A stretch of 64,000 nucleotides of DNA, taken from NCBI RefSeq assembly GCF_035274705.1, contig NZ_DATENY010000070.1, positions 1,288 through 65,287 on the forward strand, read 5' to 3'. A model generated the notes under the pieces. That model did not search any database, was not told the origin of the DNA, and worked only from the letters and a program-made list of their open reading frames with translations. The stretch is from Mycobacterium sp. GTDB lineage: Bacteria > Actinomycetota > Actinomycetes > Mycobacteriales > Mycobacteriaceae. Numbering within the stretch: the first letter of the stretch is position 1; the number at the start of each line of letters is the position of its first letter. A program made the position numbers and the translations under genes. Of the stretch, positions 54,181-64,000 are shown piece after piece.

Positions 54181-54804
54181 CTAGCGGCGGCGGCGGGCCC
54201 GGACGCCCGCGGCGCGCAGCTCCAACGCGGCCAGGCCGTGTATCGCTGTGGCGTCCTGCATCCGCCAGGCGCCTACCGGGTCGCCATGTATGGCCGCCAG
54301 CTTGGCCAGCGGCCGGTTGGCCAGCGCGCGCAGCGCGAGCAGCTGCTCACCCGCCGGCGTCGAAGCCAATGCCAGAGCCGTCCACTTCCGGCGGAAGAAC
54401 CGCACCCGCAGGAACAGCCACGGCATTACGAGAGCGAGGATCGGCGGGGCCGCGACGGCCAGCGCCAGCAGCCACGCCAACCAGCTGGCCGTGGTGTCCA
54501 GGGTGTGGCCTGCGCCGGCGATCTCCCGCGCCGCATCACCGGCGGCCTCCAGCGGCTTGCTCAACGTGTCGCCGATCAGCGGCACCTTATGCGCGCCGTT
54601 GCCCGCCGAGTCGAGGTTGTGCGCGACGCCGTTGGCCCCGGTCTCGACCTGGTGACCGACATCAGCGATTTCGGAGATGGCCGCGTGAACGGCCATCCCG
54701 ACCAGCACCCATAGCGTGGTCCAGGCGATCACCACGATGTCGCTGACCAGCTGTGCGACCAGTCGCGCCGGTGTGGTGGCATACGGCAGATAGCGGGAGC
54801 TCAT
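54181..54804 (-). CDS. conserved membrane protein (Rv0779c-like)
   Basis: 207 aa. Two TM segments flanking a Gly/Ala/His-rich loop. Confidence 0.7.
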   Translation of the reverse strand: MSSRYLPYATTPARLVAQLVSDIVVIAWTTLWVLVGMAVHAAISEIADVGHQVETGANGVAHNLDSAGNGAHKVPLIGDTLSKPLEAAGDAAREIAGAGHTLDTTASWLAWLLALAVAAPPILALVMPWLFLRVRFFRRKWTALALASTPAGEQLLALRALANRPLAKLAAIHGDPVGAWRMQDATAIHGLAALELRAAGVRARRRR

Positions 54805-54833
54805 GGACCGATGCTGCCCGATAGGCTGGCCCG

Positions 54834-55721
54834 ATGCGCCCCGCTCTGTCCGACTACCAGCATCTGGCCAGCGGTAAGGTTCGCGAGCTGTACCGGATCG
54901 ACGACGAGACGCTGCTCTTCGTCGCTACCGACCGCATCTCGGCCTACGACTACATCCTCGACTCCGAGATCCCCGACAAGGGCCGCATCCTGACCGCGAT
55001 GAGCGTGTTCTTCTTCGACTACGTCGAAGCGCCCAACCACCTGGCCGGTCCACCCGACGACGAGCGCATCCCGCAGAAGGTGCTCGGCCGTGCGCTGGTC
55101 GTTCAAGAGCTCGAGATGCTGCCCGTCGAGTGCGTGGCACGCGGCTACCTGACCGGCTCCGGCCTCATCGACTACCAGAAGACGGGCACCGTCTGCGGCA
55201 TCGCACTGCCGCCCGGGCTGGCCGAGGCGAGCAAGTTCGTTCAGCCACTGTTCACGCCGGCGACCAAAGCCGAACTGGGCCAACACGACGAGAACATCAC
55301 ATTCGCCGACGTGATCGAGCTCGTCGGTACGGTACGCGCCAAGCAGTTGCGCGAACGCACACTCCAGACCTACATCCAGGGCGCCGACCACGCCCTCACG
55401 AAAGGCGTCATCATCGCCGACACCAAATTCGAATTCGGCGTCGACAAGCATGGCAACGTGCGACTCGCCGACGAGGTATTCACGCCCGACTCGAGCCGCT
55501 ACTGGCGGGCCGACCAGTATCAGGAAGGCGTCGTGCAGCAGAGCTTCGACAAGCAGTTCGTCCGCAACTGGCTCACCGGCCCCGAATCCGGCTGGGACCG
55601 CGACGGCGACAAGCCGCCACCACCGCTGCCGCCCGACATCGTCGATGCGACGCGCGAGCGCTACATCGAAGCCTACGAACGCATCTCGGGGCTGAAGTTC
55701 GGCGATTGGATCAAGCCGTGA
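54834..55721 (+). CDS. purC: SAICAR synthetase PurC
   Basis: 295 aa. [26 protein letters not shown]. Confidence 0.92.
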   Translation: MRPALSDYQHLASGKVRELYRIDDETLLFVATDRISAYDYILDSEIPDKGRILTAMSVFFFDYVEAPNHLAGPPDDERIPQKVLGRALVVQELEMLPVECVARGYLTGSGLIDYQKTGTVCGIALPPGLAEASKFVQPLFTPATKAELGQHDENITFADVIELVGTVRAKQLRERTLQTYIQGADHALTKGVIIADTKFEFGVDKHGNVRLADEVFTPDSSRYWRADQYQEGVVQQSFDKQFVRNWLTGPESGWDRDGDKPPPPLPPDIVDATRERYIEAYERISGLKFGDWIKP

Positions 55722-57823
55722 TGCCGCCCGAGGCCAAACGCGTCGACGCCCGTCGGGAGAATCATGGCGACGTGTTCGTCGACCCCTACGAGTGGCTGCG
55801 CGACAAGTCCAACCCCGAGGTGATCGACCACCTCAAGGCCGAGAACGACTACACCGAACAGGCCACCGAGCATCTCGCGCCGCTGCGGCAGAAGATCTTC
55901 GACGAAATCAAGGCCCGCACCAAGGAAACCGACCTGTCGGTGCCCACCCGCCGCGGCGAATGGTGGTACTACGGCCGCAGCTTCGAGGGTAAGCAGTACA
56001 GCGTCCACTGCCGTTGCCCGGTAACCGATCCCGACGACTGGGTACCGCCGCAGTTGGACGAGAGCACCGAAATTCCGGGCGAGCAGGTCCTGCTCGACGA
56101 GAACGTCGAGGCCGAAGGCCACGACTACTTCGCGCTCGGCGCCGCCGGCGTCACCCCCGACGGGAACATCCTGGCGTATTCCGTAGACGTCAAGGGGGAC
56201 GAGCGATACACGTTGCGGTTCAAGGACTTACGCACGGGCAGACTCTACGAGGAGCAGATCGTCGGCATCGGAGCCGGCGCGACCTGGGCCGCGGACAACC
56301 GCACCATCTACTACGTCACCGTGGACGACGCCTGGCGGCCCGACACGGTATGGCGACACCGCCTCGGCTCAGGGTTGCCGACCGAAAAGGTCTATCACGA
56401 GCCCGACGAAAAGTACTGGCTCGCGGTCGGTCGTACCCGCAGCGACAAGTACGTCGTCATCGCGGCGGGCAGCGCGGTCACTTCCGAGATGCGCTACGCC
56501 GACGCGACCGACCCCACTGCGGAGTTCACCGTCGTCTGGCCGCGCCGTGAGCTGGTCGAGTATTCCATCGAGCACGCCGTCGTCGGCGGCGAAGACCGAT
56601 TCCTGATCCTGCACAACGACGGCGCGGAGAACTTCACGCTCGTCGAGGCCCCGGTCGCAGATCCCACCGCGGTTCGCACCTTGATCGAGCATCGCAGCGA
56701 CGTGCGCCTTGACACCGTCGACGCGTTCGAAGGTCACCTGGTGGTCAGCTACCGAAGCGAGGCGTTGCCCAAGATCCAACTGTGGCCCGTCTACGCGACC
56801 GGCGAGTACGGCCGACCCGAAGACATCACGTTCGACTCCGAGCTGATGTCGGCGGGCCTTTCCGCCAACCCGAACTGGAGTGCGCCAAAACTACGCATTG
56901 GCACAACAAGTTTCGTCACCCCCGTTCGGATTTACGACATCGATCTAGCCAACGGCGAGCGCACGCTGCTTCGCGAACAGCCCGTGCTGGGTGACTACCG
57001 ACCCCAGGACTACGTAGAGCGCCGCGACTGGGCGGTCGCCGAAGACGGTGCACGCGTTCCGATCTCGATCATTCACAAAATCGGCTTGCAATTCCCGGCG
57101 CCTACGCTGCTGTACGGCTACGGCGCCTACGAGGCTTGCGAAGATCCGCGGTTCTCGATCGCCCGGCTATCGCTGCTGGACCGTGGCATGGTGTTCGCGG
57201 TCGCACACGTGCGGGGTGGAGGCGAGCTCGGCCGGCCGTGGTACGAGCACGGCAAACTGCTGGAGAAGAAGAACACCTTCACCGATTTCATCGCCGTTGC
57301 AAAGCATCTCGTAGACACCGACCTGACACGGCCGGAAAATCTTGTCGCGTTCGGCGGCAGCGCGGGCGGCCTGTTGATGGGCGCGATCACCAACATGGCG
57401 CCCGACCTGTTCGCCGGTATTCTGGCCACGGTACCGTTCGTCGACCCGCTGACCACCATCCTCGACCCGTCGCTGCCACTGACCGTCACCGAATGGGACG
57501 AGTGGGGAAACCCGTTGGCAGACAAAGACGTCTACGACTACATGAAGTCCTATTCGCCCTACGAGAACGTCGAGGCCAAGGACTACCCGCCGATTCTGGC
57601 CATGACGTCGCTGAACGATACACGGGTTCTTTACGTCGAGCCGGCGAAATGGGTTGCGGCGCTTCGGTATATCAAGACCGATGAGCATCCCGTCTTGCTG
57701 AAGACCGAGATGAACGCCGGCCACGGTGGCATCAGCGGGCGCTACGAACGCTGGAAGGAAGCCGCGTTCCAGTACGCCTGGCTACTGGATGCCGCCAAGG
57801 CCAACGACGACGGCGGCGCCTAG
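55721..57823 (+). CDS. ptrB: oligopeptidase B (prolyl oligopeptidase family S9), intact single ORF
   Basis: Start at ATG 55721 (or GTG 55718) within ORF 55130..57823. N-terminus DPYEWLRD. Catalytic GGSAGGLLMG, D and H (NAGHGG) present. As I recall, it is split into ptrBa/ptrBb in H37Rv. Confidence 0.9.
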   Translation: MPPEAKRVDARRENHGDVFVDPYEWLRDKSNPEVIDHLKAENDYTEQATEHLAPLRQKIFDEIKARTKETDLSVPTRRGEWWYYGRSFEGKQYSVHCRCPVTDPDDWVPPQLDESTEIPGEQVLLDENVEAEGHDYFALGAAGVTPDGNILAYSVDVKGDERYTLRFKDLRTGRLYEEQIVGIGAGATWAADNRTIYYVTVDDAWRPDTVWRHRLGSGLPTEKVYHEPDEKYWLAVGRTRSDKYVVIAAGSAVTSEMRYADATDPTAEFTVVWPRRELVEYSIEHAVVGGEDRFLILHNDGAENFTLVEAPVADPTAVRTLIEHRSDVRLDTVDAFEGHLVVSYRSEALPKIQLWPVYATGEYGRPEDITFDSELMSAGLSANPNWSAPKLRIGTTSFVTPVRIYDIDLANGERTLLREQPVLGDYRPQDYVERRDWAVAEDGARVPISIIHKIGLQFPAPTLLYGYGAYEACEDPRFSIARLSLLDRGMVFAVAHVRGGGELGRPWYEHGKLLEKKNTFTDFIAVAKHLVDTDLTRPENLVAFGGSAGGLLMGAITNMAPDLFAGILATVPFVDPLTTILDPSLPLTVTEWDEWGNPLADKDVYDYMKSYSPYENVEAKDYPPILAMTSLNDTRVLYVEPAKWVAALRYIKTDEHPVLLKTEMNAGHGGISGRYERWKEAAFQYAWLLDAAKANDDGGA

Positions 57824-58231
57824 GTAGATCGCCTCCTCCACGGTCCGGACGTCGAGCCGCGATGTCATCGACTTCGGCGGGTTCGGCATCCTCGACGCGT
57901 ACACGTTGGCCGGGAACATCACCAACATCAGTGCGAACAGGCACACAGCGGCCGCGACTCGAGTAGGCGGATACAGCAGCCCGACGGCGCCCAGCAGTTC
58001 CAGCATGCCCGTGATGGTGACCAGTAGGCCGGGCGTCGGCAGCCGCGGCGGCACGATCGCGATCATGTCGCGGCGCATTCCAGGTACGAAATGCGCGACG
58101 CCCGTCATGACGAACATCGCCGCCAGGCCGACGGCGACGGCTTGCGGCCAGCTGTCGACATAGTCGACGCCCAGCCAGCCCACCAGGCGGGCACCGAGCG
58201 TGCCCAGGATCAACGTGACGAGAACGGCCAC
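57782..58231 (-). CDS. DoxX-like small membrane protein
   Basis: 149 aa. 4 TM helices. GTG start. Converges on ptrB with a 42-nt overlap. Confidence 0.6.
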   Translation of the reverse strand: MAVLVTLILGTLGARLVGWLGVDYVDSWPQAVAVGLAAMFVMTGVAHFVPGMRRDMIAIVPPRLPTPGLLVTITGMLELLGAVGLLYPPTRVAAAVCLFALMLVMFPANVYASRMPNPPKSMTSRLDVRTVEEAIYLGAAVVVGLGGIQ

Positions 58232-58244
58232 CCCAAAGCTCCTT

Positions 58245-58298
58245 ATCTAGACAATGTCAAGATCGCACGATAGGCAACAATCTAGGCAGTGTCAAGAT
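58245..58298. promoter_or_regulatory. two 19-bp direct repeats (candidate TetR operators) in the DoxX/TetR divergent intergenic region
   Basis: ATCTAGACAATGTCAAGAT (58245..58263) and ATCTAGGCAGTGTCAAGAT (58280..58298). 17/19 identical, 35-bp centre-to-centre. The first contains the palindromic core GACAATGTC. Confidence 0.5.
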
Positions 58299-58314
58299 TC
58301 CCGACTATGATGAC

Positions 58315-58872
58315 ATGATGAGCAGGGACACCTACCACCACGGCGACCTCAAGGCCGTGATCCTGGCCAAGGCCGCAAGCCTTGTTGCCGAACGCGGCGC
58401 CGACGGCATCTCGCTGCGCGAGCTGGCGCGCGAAGCCGGTGTTTCGCACGCCGCTCCCGCGCACCACTTCACCGACCGCCGCGGTTTGTTCACCGCGCTG
58501 GCAGCGCAGGGATGGCGGCTACTTGCCGAGGCGTTGACCGAGGCGCGCCCGGACTTCATCGACGCAGCGCTGGCCTATGTGCGGTTCGCGCTTGCCCATC
58601 CCGGCCACTACGCGGTGATGTTCGACCGCTCGTTGGTGGACCCAGATGATGCCGAGCTCGTCGCGGCCCAGAACGCCGCCGACGCCGAACTTGCGCAAGG
58701 CGTTGGCACACTGAAGGATCCGCGCGCCAAGGCCGATCCCCAGAGCGCCGCGCTCGCCGCATGGTCATTGGTACATGGGTTTTCAATGCTGTGGCTCAAC
58801 GAGGCCATCAGTACCGACGGCGATCCGGTGGCAGACGCCCAGAGGATCGCCTCGATGCTGTTCGACGGCTAA
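58315..58872 (+). CDS. TetR-family transcriptional regulator
   Basis: 185 aa. ISLRELAREAGVSHAAPAHHF. Confidence 0.85.
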   Translation: MMSRDTYHHGDLKAVILAKAASLVAERGADGISLRELAREAGVSHAAPAHHFTDRRGLFTALAAQGWRLLAEALTEARPDFIDAALAYVRFALAHPGHYAVMFDRSLVDPDDAELVAAQNAADAELAQGVGTLKDPRAKADPQSAALAAWSLVHGFSMLWLNEAISTDGDPVADAQRIASMLFDG

Positions 58873-58882
58873 CCTGCGGGGC

Positions 58883-59380
58883 ATGACCGAAACACCGCTG
58901 ACCGTTATCCCACTCACCACGCTCGACGGGCAGTCCACCACGCTTGCCGATCTGGCCGACGGCGCCGCGTTGGTGGTCAACGTTGCGTCGAAATGCGGCC
59001 TCACCCCGCAGTACTCGGCGCTGGAGCAGTTGGCGAACGATTACGGCGAGCGTGGTCTGACGGTGATCGGCGTGCCGTGTAATCAGTTCATGGGCCAGGA
59101 GCCCGGTACCGCCGAGGAGATCCAGACGTTCTGCTCGACCACGTACGGCGTGACGTTCCCGCTGCTGGCCAAGACCGACGTCAACGGCCCGGAGCGCCAT
59201 CCCCTCTACGAGGAACTGACCAAGGCTGCCGACGACAGCGGCGAGGCGGGCGATGTGCAATGGAACTTCGAGAAGTTCCTGCTCGCGCCCGGTGGAAAGG
59301 TGGCGAATCGTTTCCGCCCGCGCACCGTTCCGGACGCGCCCGAGGTGATCGCCGCGATCGAAGCAGTTTTGCCGCGGTAA
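58883..59380 (+). CDS. glutathione peroxidase-family (BtuE-like) thiol peroxidase
   Basis: Start at ATG 58883 within ORF 58775..59380. VVNVASKCGLTPQY, PCNQFMGQEPG, WNFEKFL. Confidence 0.88.
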   Translation: MTETPLTVIPLTTLDGQSTTLADLADGAALVVNVASKCGLTPQYSALEQLANDYGERGLTVIGVPCNQFMGQEPGTAEEIQTFCSTTYGVTFPLLAKTDVNGPERHPLYEELTKAADDSGEAGDVQWNFEKFLLAPGGKVANRFRPRTVPDAPEVIAAIEAVLPR

Positions 59381-59443
59381 ATAGTCAACTGCCGTCCGAG
59401 TGTTGTAAACCGTTGCGACACCTGGCGTTGCCACACTGAATAC

Positions 59444-60148
59444 GTGGCTGGACAACTGATCGTCTCGATCTCCGGCATCAGCGACCGCACACAGGAGGAC
59501 GTCGACTCGTTCTGCGCGCATTTGGATGCGCGTGAGGTGCCCGCCTCGTTCCTCGTGGCACCCCGCATCAAGGGTGGTTACCGGCTCGACAACGATGCGC
59601 CGACGGTCGAGTGGCTGGCCGGCCGGCGCGAACGCGGTGACGCCATCGTGCTGCACGGCTTCGACGAGGCGGCAACCAAAAAGCGACGCGGCGAGTTCGC
59701 GACACTGCAGGCGCACGAGGCGAATCTGCGGCTGATGGCGGCCGATCGTGTACTGGAGCATTTGGGATTGCGCACGCGTCTGTTCGCCGCGCCTGGCTGG
59801 ACGGTGTCGCAGGGCACCATAACGGCTTTGCCCCGCAACGGCTTTCGTTTGCTCGCCGGGCTGAGTGGCATCACAGACCTGGTACGTCAGACGGCCGTGC
59901 GGGCGCGCGTGCTCGGCATCGGCGAGGGCTTTCTGACCGAACCGTGGTGGTGCCGCACCCTGGTGTTGTCCGCCGAACGCACGGCCCGGCGCGACGGCAT
60001 CGTGCGCGTCGCGGTGGCCGCTCGGCACCTGCGCCGACCCGGTCCGCGGCAGGCGATGCTCGATGCCGTCGACCTGGCATTGATGCACCAGTGCGTGCCC
60101 GCCGTCTACCGGTGGGAGCCGTCTCCGGCGCTCACAGACGCCGCCTAG
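59444..60148 (+). CDS. DUF2334 (polysaccharide-deacetylase-like) protein
   Basis: 234 aa. GTG start. The pattern LIVSISGISD...VLHGF is typical of DUF2334. Tentative. Confidence 0.6.
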   Translation: MAGQLIVSISGISDRTQEDVDSFCAHLDAREVPASFLVAPRIKGGYRLDNDAPTVEWLAGRRERGDAIVLHGFDEAATKKRRGEFATLQAHEANLRLMAADRVLEHLGLRTRLFAAPGWTVSQGTITALPRNGFRLLAGLSGITDLVRQTAVRARVLGIGEGFLTEPWWCRTLVLSAERTARRDGIVRVAVAARHLRRPGPRQAMLDAVDLALMHQCVPAVYRWEPSPALTDAA

Positions 60149-60163
60149 GCTCCTGCCGCTAGA

Positions 60164-61813
60164 TTGGCGGCCATGGCAGACGCTGATGTCATCGTGGTGG
60201 GTGCCGGGCTGGCGGGACTGGTGGCAGCCTGTGAGCTGGTCGATCGCGGGCGCCGGGTGCTGATCGTCGACCAGGAGAACGCGAACAACATCGGTGGTCA
60301 GGCGTTCTGGTCGTTCGGCGGCCTGTTCTTCGTCGACAGCCCTGAACAGCGACGGCTGGGCATTCGCGACAGCCACGAGCTCGCGTTGCAGGACTGGCTC
60401 GGCACGGCTGGATTCGACCGGCCCGAGGACCATTGGCCGCGGCAATGGGCGCACGCCTATGTCGACTTCGCTGCCGGCGAGAAGCGCAGCTGGCTGCGCG
60501 AGCGCGGCCTTGCGATCTTTCCGATCGTCGGCTGGGCGGAGCGAGGCGGTTATGACGCTCGAGGGCACGGTAATTCGGTGCCGCGCTTCCACATCACCTG
60601 GGGGACCGGGCCTGCGATCGTCGACGTATTCGCCCGACGGCTGCGCGATAACGCCAACGTGCGGTTCGCCCACCGTCACCGGGTCGACGAGCTGATCGTC
60701 GAGAACGGTGCCGCCGTCGGGGTGCGCGGCGCGGTGCTGGAGCCGACAGCCGCTGGCCGGGGCGTGGCGACTTCCCGAAACACCGTGGGCGAGTTCGAAT
60801 TCCGGGCGTCCGCGGTCATCGTCGCCAGCGGTGGCATCGGCGGCAACCACGACCTGGTCCGGAAGAACTGGCCGAAGCGGATGGGCCGCGTGCCCGAACA
60901 GTTGCTCAGCGGAGTGCCCGCCCACGTCGACGGCCGGATGATCGGCATCACCGAAGCCGCGGGAGCGCACGTCATCAACAGCGACCGGATGTGGCATTAC
61001 ACCGAAGGCATCACCAACTACGACCCCATCTGGCCGATGCACGGCATCCGGATCCTGCCCGGTCCGTCGTCACTGTGGCTGGACGCCACCGGAAAGCGGC
61101 TGCCGCCGCCGCTGTATCCCGGCTTCGACACACTGGGCACGTTGGAATACATTGCGCAGACCGGGCAGGACTACACCTGGTTCATTCTGAACGCGCGCAT
61201 CATCGCCAAGGAGTTCGCGCTCTCGGGGCAGGAGCAGAATCCCGACCTGACCAACCGCAGCGTGCGTGACGTGCTGGCCCGCGTGCGGGCGGGTGCCCCG
61301 GCTCCGGTGCGGGCATTCGTCGACAAGGGCGTGGACTTCGTCAGCGCAAATTCGTTGCGCGAGTTGGTATCTGCAATGAACACCGTGCCCGACGTGCTGC
61401 CCGTCGACTTCGCCACCGTGGAGGCCGAGGTCACCGCGCGCGACCGCGAGGTGGCCAACCGGTTCACCAAGGACACCCAGATCGCCTCGATTCGGATCGC
61501 TCGCAATTACCTCGGGGACCGGCTCAGCCGCGTCGTCGCTCCGCACCGGCTCACGGACCCGAAGGCCGGACCGTTGATAGCCGTCAAGCTGCACATCCTG
61601 ACGCGAAAGTCGTTGGGCGGCCTGGAAACCGATCTCGACTCGCGGGTGCTGCACGCCGACGGCACCGTGTTCGACGGGCTGTACGCCGCTGGCGAGGCCG
61701 CCGGTTTCGGTGGGGGCGGTGTGCACGGATACCGCTCGCTGGAGGGCACGTTCCTCGGTGGCTGCGTGTTCTCCGGTAGGGCCGCGGGGCGGGCCGCAGC
61801 CCGCGATGTCTAG
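60164..61813 (+). CDS. FAD-binding dehydrogenase (Rv0785-like)
   Basis: 549 aa. DVIVVGAGLAGLVAACEL. C-terminal FAD motif LYAAGEAAGFGGGG. Confidence 0.85.
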   Translation: MAAMADADVIVVGAGLAGLVAACELVDRGRRVLIVDQENANNIGGQAFWSFGGLFFVDSPEQRRLGIRDSHELALQDWLGTAGFDRPEDHWPRQWAHAYVDFAAGEKRSWLRERGLAIFPIVGWAERGGYDARGHGNSVPRFHITWGTGPAIVDVFARRLRDNANVRFAHRHRVDELIVENGAAVGVRGAVLEPTAAGRGVATSRNTVGEFEFRASAVIVASGGIGGNHDLVRKNWPKRMGRVPEQLLSGVPAHVDGRMIGITEAAGAHVINSDRMWHYTEGITNYDPIWPMHGIRILPGPSSLWLDATGKRLPPPLYPGFDTLGTLEYIAQTGQDYTWFILNARIIAKEFALSGQEQNPDLTNRSVRDVLARVRAGAPAPVRAFVDKGVDFVSANSLRELVSAMNTVPDVLPVDFATVEAEVTARDREVANRFTKDTQIASIRIARNYLGDRLSRVVAPHRLTDPKAGPLIAVKLHILTRKSLGGLETDLDSRVLHADGTVFDGLYAAGEAAGFGGGGVHGYRSLEGTFLGGCVFSGRAAGRAAARDV

Positions 61814-62463
61814 AAACTCGTGCCGTTCTCGGGCTCGAGCACTTGAAAGTCGGTGTCCGTCATCTCCGACAGCCGTCCGTAATAGATGCCGCGGGCGTTC
61901 GGGTCGATGATCGCCTGGTGGATGGGCACGGCGTGCGTCGGCGCCACGGCGCGCAAATAGTCCACGGCCTCTGAGATCTTCATCCAAGGCGCGGCCGCCG
62001 GGGTGGCCAGCACGTCGACCGGTTCACCGGGCGTGAACAGCGCGTCGCCGGGATGCATCAAGCGCGCCGCATGTGAGCCGTCTCCGACGAGATACGAAAT
62101 GTTGTCGATCACAGGGATTTCCGGGTGGATCACCGCGTGCCGTCCGCCGACTCCGCGCACTGTCAGTCGGCCGACGGTGAACTCGTCACCGACATGTACG
62201 GCCTTCCACGGGTCGCCGAGTTGGGCGGCGGTCTGCGGATCGGCGTACAGGGCGGCCTGTGGGTTGGCGTCGACGAGCGCCGGCAGCCGTGCGGTGTCAG
62301 CATGGTCGGGATGCTGATGGGTGATCAGGATCGCGGACAGGCCGGTGATGCCTTCGAATCCATGCGAAAAGTTCCCCGGATCGAACAGCACCGTCGTGTC
62401 ATCGCCGGAATCGCTCTTGAAACTTGCGAGTAGGCACGAATGTCCGAAATGCGTCAGTTCCAT
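61810..62463 (-). CDS. MBL-fold metallo-hydrolase
   Basis: ORF 61810..62649, trimmed to MELTHFGHSCLL. Motif HQHPDH. Confidence 0.8.
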   Translation of the reverse strand: MELTHFGHSCLLASFKSDSGDDTTVLFDPGNFSHGFEGITGLSAILITHQHPDHADTARLPALVDANPQAALYADPQTAAQLGDPWKAVHVGDEFTVGRLTVRGVGGRHAVIHPEIPVIDNISYLVGDGSHAARLMHPGDALFTPGEPVDVLATPAAAPWMKISEAVDYLRAVAPTHAVPIHQAIIDPNARGIYYGRLSEMTDTDFQVLEPENGTSF

Positions 62464-62509
62464 GCCTATATTGTGGCGCGCAGGGCGGGTTCCAGGGGGT
62501 ACTTGAGTC

Positions 62510-63181
62510 GTGCGATTGATGCTGGCGGCAGTGCTGGCGACCTGCGGGTTGGCCATCGCGCCGAATGCCGGTTGGCCGGCGCGCGCAGTGCCCGGTGTGT
62601 GTCCGCCGATTTGCGACGCCATTCCTGATTCGGCATGGATCGCCCCCACCTCGATCCCGATGTATCCGGTCTATCGGTGGCCCGGCCTGGCCGGATTGTC
62701 GGTGACGGCCCCGTCGCCGCGGTTCGGCTTCGAGGCACTGTGCGACAGCGCCCCCGTTGCCAACGACCCACGCAACTACGCCGTGGGCGCGCGGTCGGTG
62801 GTGCTGCATCCGGAGGGGCAGTGGAATCTGCTGGTACAGGTGATTCACTGGCGCGGTGGCACCGCTGAAGGTGCGTCGACGACCCGCGCTGTGCTCGAGA
62901 ACGCCAGGTCACGGCTGCGCGACTGCCAGTCGACCTCTCCGCAGACCTCCCCGTCGATCACCACCAGCGACGCCGAGCACATCGCCGCCGTGATCAGCGA
63001 GGCGGGCAGCCAGGTGATGCACGAGTACCTGCTCGTACATCCCGATAGCAGCACGATCGTCGAACTGGCCCTGTGGTCGGCGTTGCCCCCGCAGGTCCAG
63101 TGGCCCCCCGCGGCCGACCCGCAGGTCTTCGATGCCCTGGCGGCCCCGCTGTGCAGCGCATATCTGGGGTCGTGCCGGTGA
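62510..63181 (+). CDS. conserved secreted hypothetical protein
   Basis: 223 aa. Signal peptide MRLMLAAVLATCGLAIAPNAG. Several paired Cys residues. Confidence 0.6.
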   Translation: MRLMLAAVLATCGLAIAPNAGWPARAVPGVCPPICDAIPDSAWIAPTSIPMYPVYRWPGLAGLSVTAPSPRFGFEALCDSAPVANDPRNYAVGARSVVLHPEGQWNLLVQVIHWRGGTAEGASTTRAVLENARSRLRDCQSTSPQTSPSITTSDAEHIAAVISEAGSQVMHEYLLVHPDSSTIVELALWSALPPQVQWPPAADPQVFDALAAPLCSAYLGSCR

Positions 63182-63217
63182 GGCGTCAGACGCGTAGCCG
63201 CAGGTAGAGTGATCGCC

Positions 63218-63457
63218 GTGGCAAGGGTGGTTGTGCATGTGATGCCCAAAGCCGAGATCCTCGACCCGCAGGGGCAGGCGATCGTCGGCGCGCTGGGTCG
63301 TCTCGGCTTCAATGGTGTCTCAGATGTGCGGCAGGGCAAGCGTTTTGAGCTCGAGGTCGACGACGGCATCGACGACGAGACCCTCGCCGAGATCGCCGAA
63401 TCGCTGTTGGCGAACACGGTGATCGAGGACTGGAGCGTCAGCAGGGAGCCGTCGTGA
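63218..63457 (+). CDS. purS: FGAM synthase subunit PurS
   Basis: 79 aa from GTG 63218 ([26 protein letters not shown]). Confidence 0.88.
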   Translation: MARVVVHVMPKAEILDPQGQAIVGALGRLGFNGVSDVRQGKRFELEVDDGIDDETLAEIAESLLANTVIEDWSVSREPS

Positions 63458-64000
63458 CCGCGCGTGTGGGCGTCATCACATTCCCCGGCACCCTCGACGA
63501 CGTCGACGCCGCGCGGGCGGTCCGGCTGGCCGGCGCCCAGCCCGTGAGCCTGTGGCACGCCGACGCCGACCTGAAGGGTGTCGACGCGGTGGTGGTGCCC
63601 GGCGGCTTCTCGTACGGCGATTATCTGCGTTGTGGCGCTATCGCGAAATTTGCGCCGGTAATGGGTGAGGTCGTCGCCGCCGCGGAGCGCGGCATGCCGG
63701 TGTTGGGGATTTGCAACGGTTTTCAGGTGTTGTGCGAGGCGGGACTGCTGCCTGGCGCGCTGACACGCAACGCCGGTCTGCATTTCGTCTGCCGCGATCT
63801 GTGGCTCGAGGTCGTATCCAATTCGAGCGCGTGGACGTCGCGCTACGAGCTCGGCGCGGATCTGCTGGTGCCGCTGAAGTCCGGGGAGGGCCGCTACGTC
63901 GCGGGCGAGCAGGTGCTCGACGAGCTCGAGGGGGAGGGCCGCGTGGTGTTCCGCTACCGCGACAACCCCAACGGCTCGATGCGCGACATCGCCGGTATTT
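63454..64000 (+). CDS. purQ: FGAM synthase glutamine amidotransferase subunit PurQ (5' part; continues past the window end)
   Basis: Not in the ORF track (no stop). GTG 63454 overlaps the purS stop (GTGA). [16 protein letters not shown]...[10 protein letters not shown]...[10 protein letters not shown], with the catalytic Cys. Confidence 0.88.
   Translation, partial: MTARVGVITFPGTLDDVDAARAVRLAGAQPVSLWHADADLKGVDAVVVPGGFSYGDYLRCGAIAKFAPVMGEVVAAAERGMPVLGICNGFQVLCEAGLLPGALTRNAGLHFVCRDLWLEVVSNSSAWTSRYELGADLLVPLKSGEGRYVAGEQVLDELEGEGRVVFRYRDNPNGSMRDIAGI

Overview
High-GC actinobacterial chromosome, almost certainly a Mycobacterium. From about 18.0 kb to the end, the gene order follows what I recall of the M. 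tuberculosis H37Rv Rv0756c-Rv0788 region: phoP-phoR, HIT protein, adhB, ferredoxin-cyp51-SDR-cyp123-TetR, aldA, purD, purB-cyp126, purC-ptrB, purS-purQ. Lineage-specific insertions interrupt this order: a GT2-GtrA fusion, DUF1254/DUF1214 proteins, an AraC regulator, FadH-like and DapB-like oxidoreductases, a decayed TnpB element, an extra P450/TetR pair, a large secreted protein, a DUF559 protein, and DoxX/TetR/Gpx genes. The left 18 kb is not collinear with that region and holds the two most interesting loci. (1) 1-9451, minus strand: eight tightly or translationally coupled genes. They are GlnX-like, GlnH-like, a coiled-coil unknown, a PknG-paralog kinase, a PP2C phosphatase, a vWA protein, an FHA protein and a LuxR/LAL regulator. 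The kinase, phosphatase and FHA proteins all carry N-terminal zinc ribbons. (2) About 13.6-17.9 kb: a visibly lower-GC two-gene cassette (a double-LysM 879-aa protein plus a 425-aa partner with a possible nucleophile elbow). It sits against the 3' end of the only tRNA in the window (tRNA-Thr UGU), with no integrase. This cassette is my best candidate for an undescribed system. I saw no rRNA, no CRISPR array and no intact mobile element. Start codons were refined by hand where noted. Family names come from motif recognition by eye, not from database searches.
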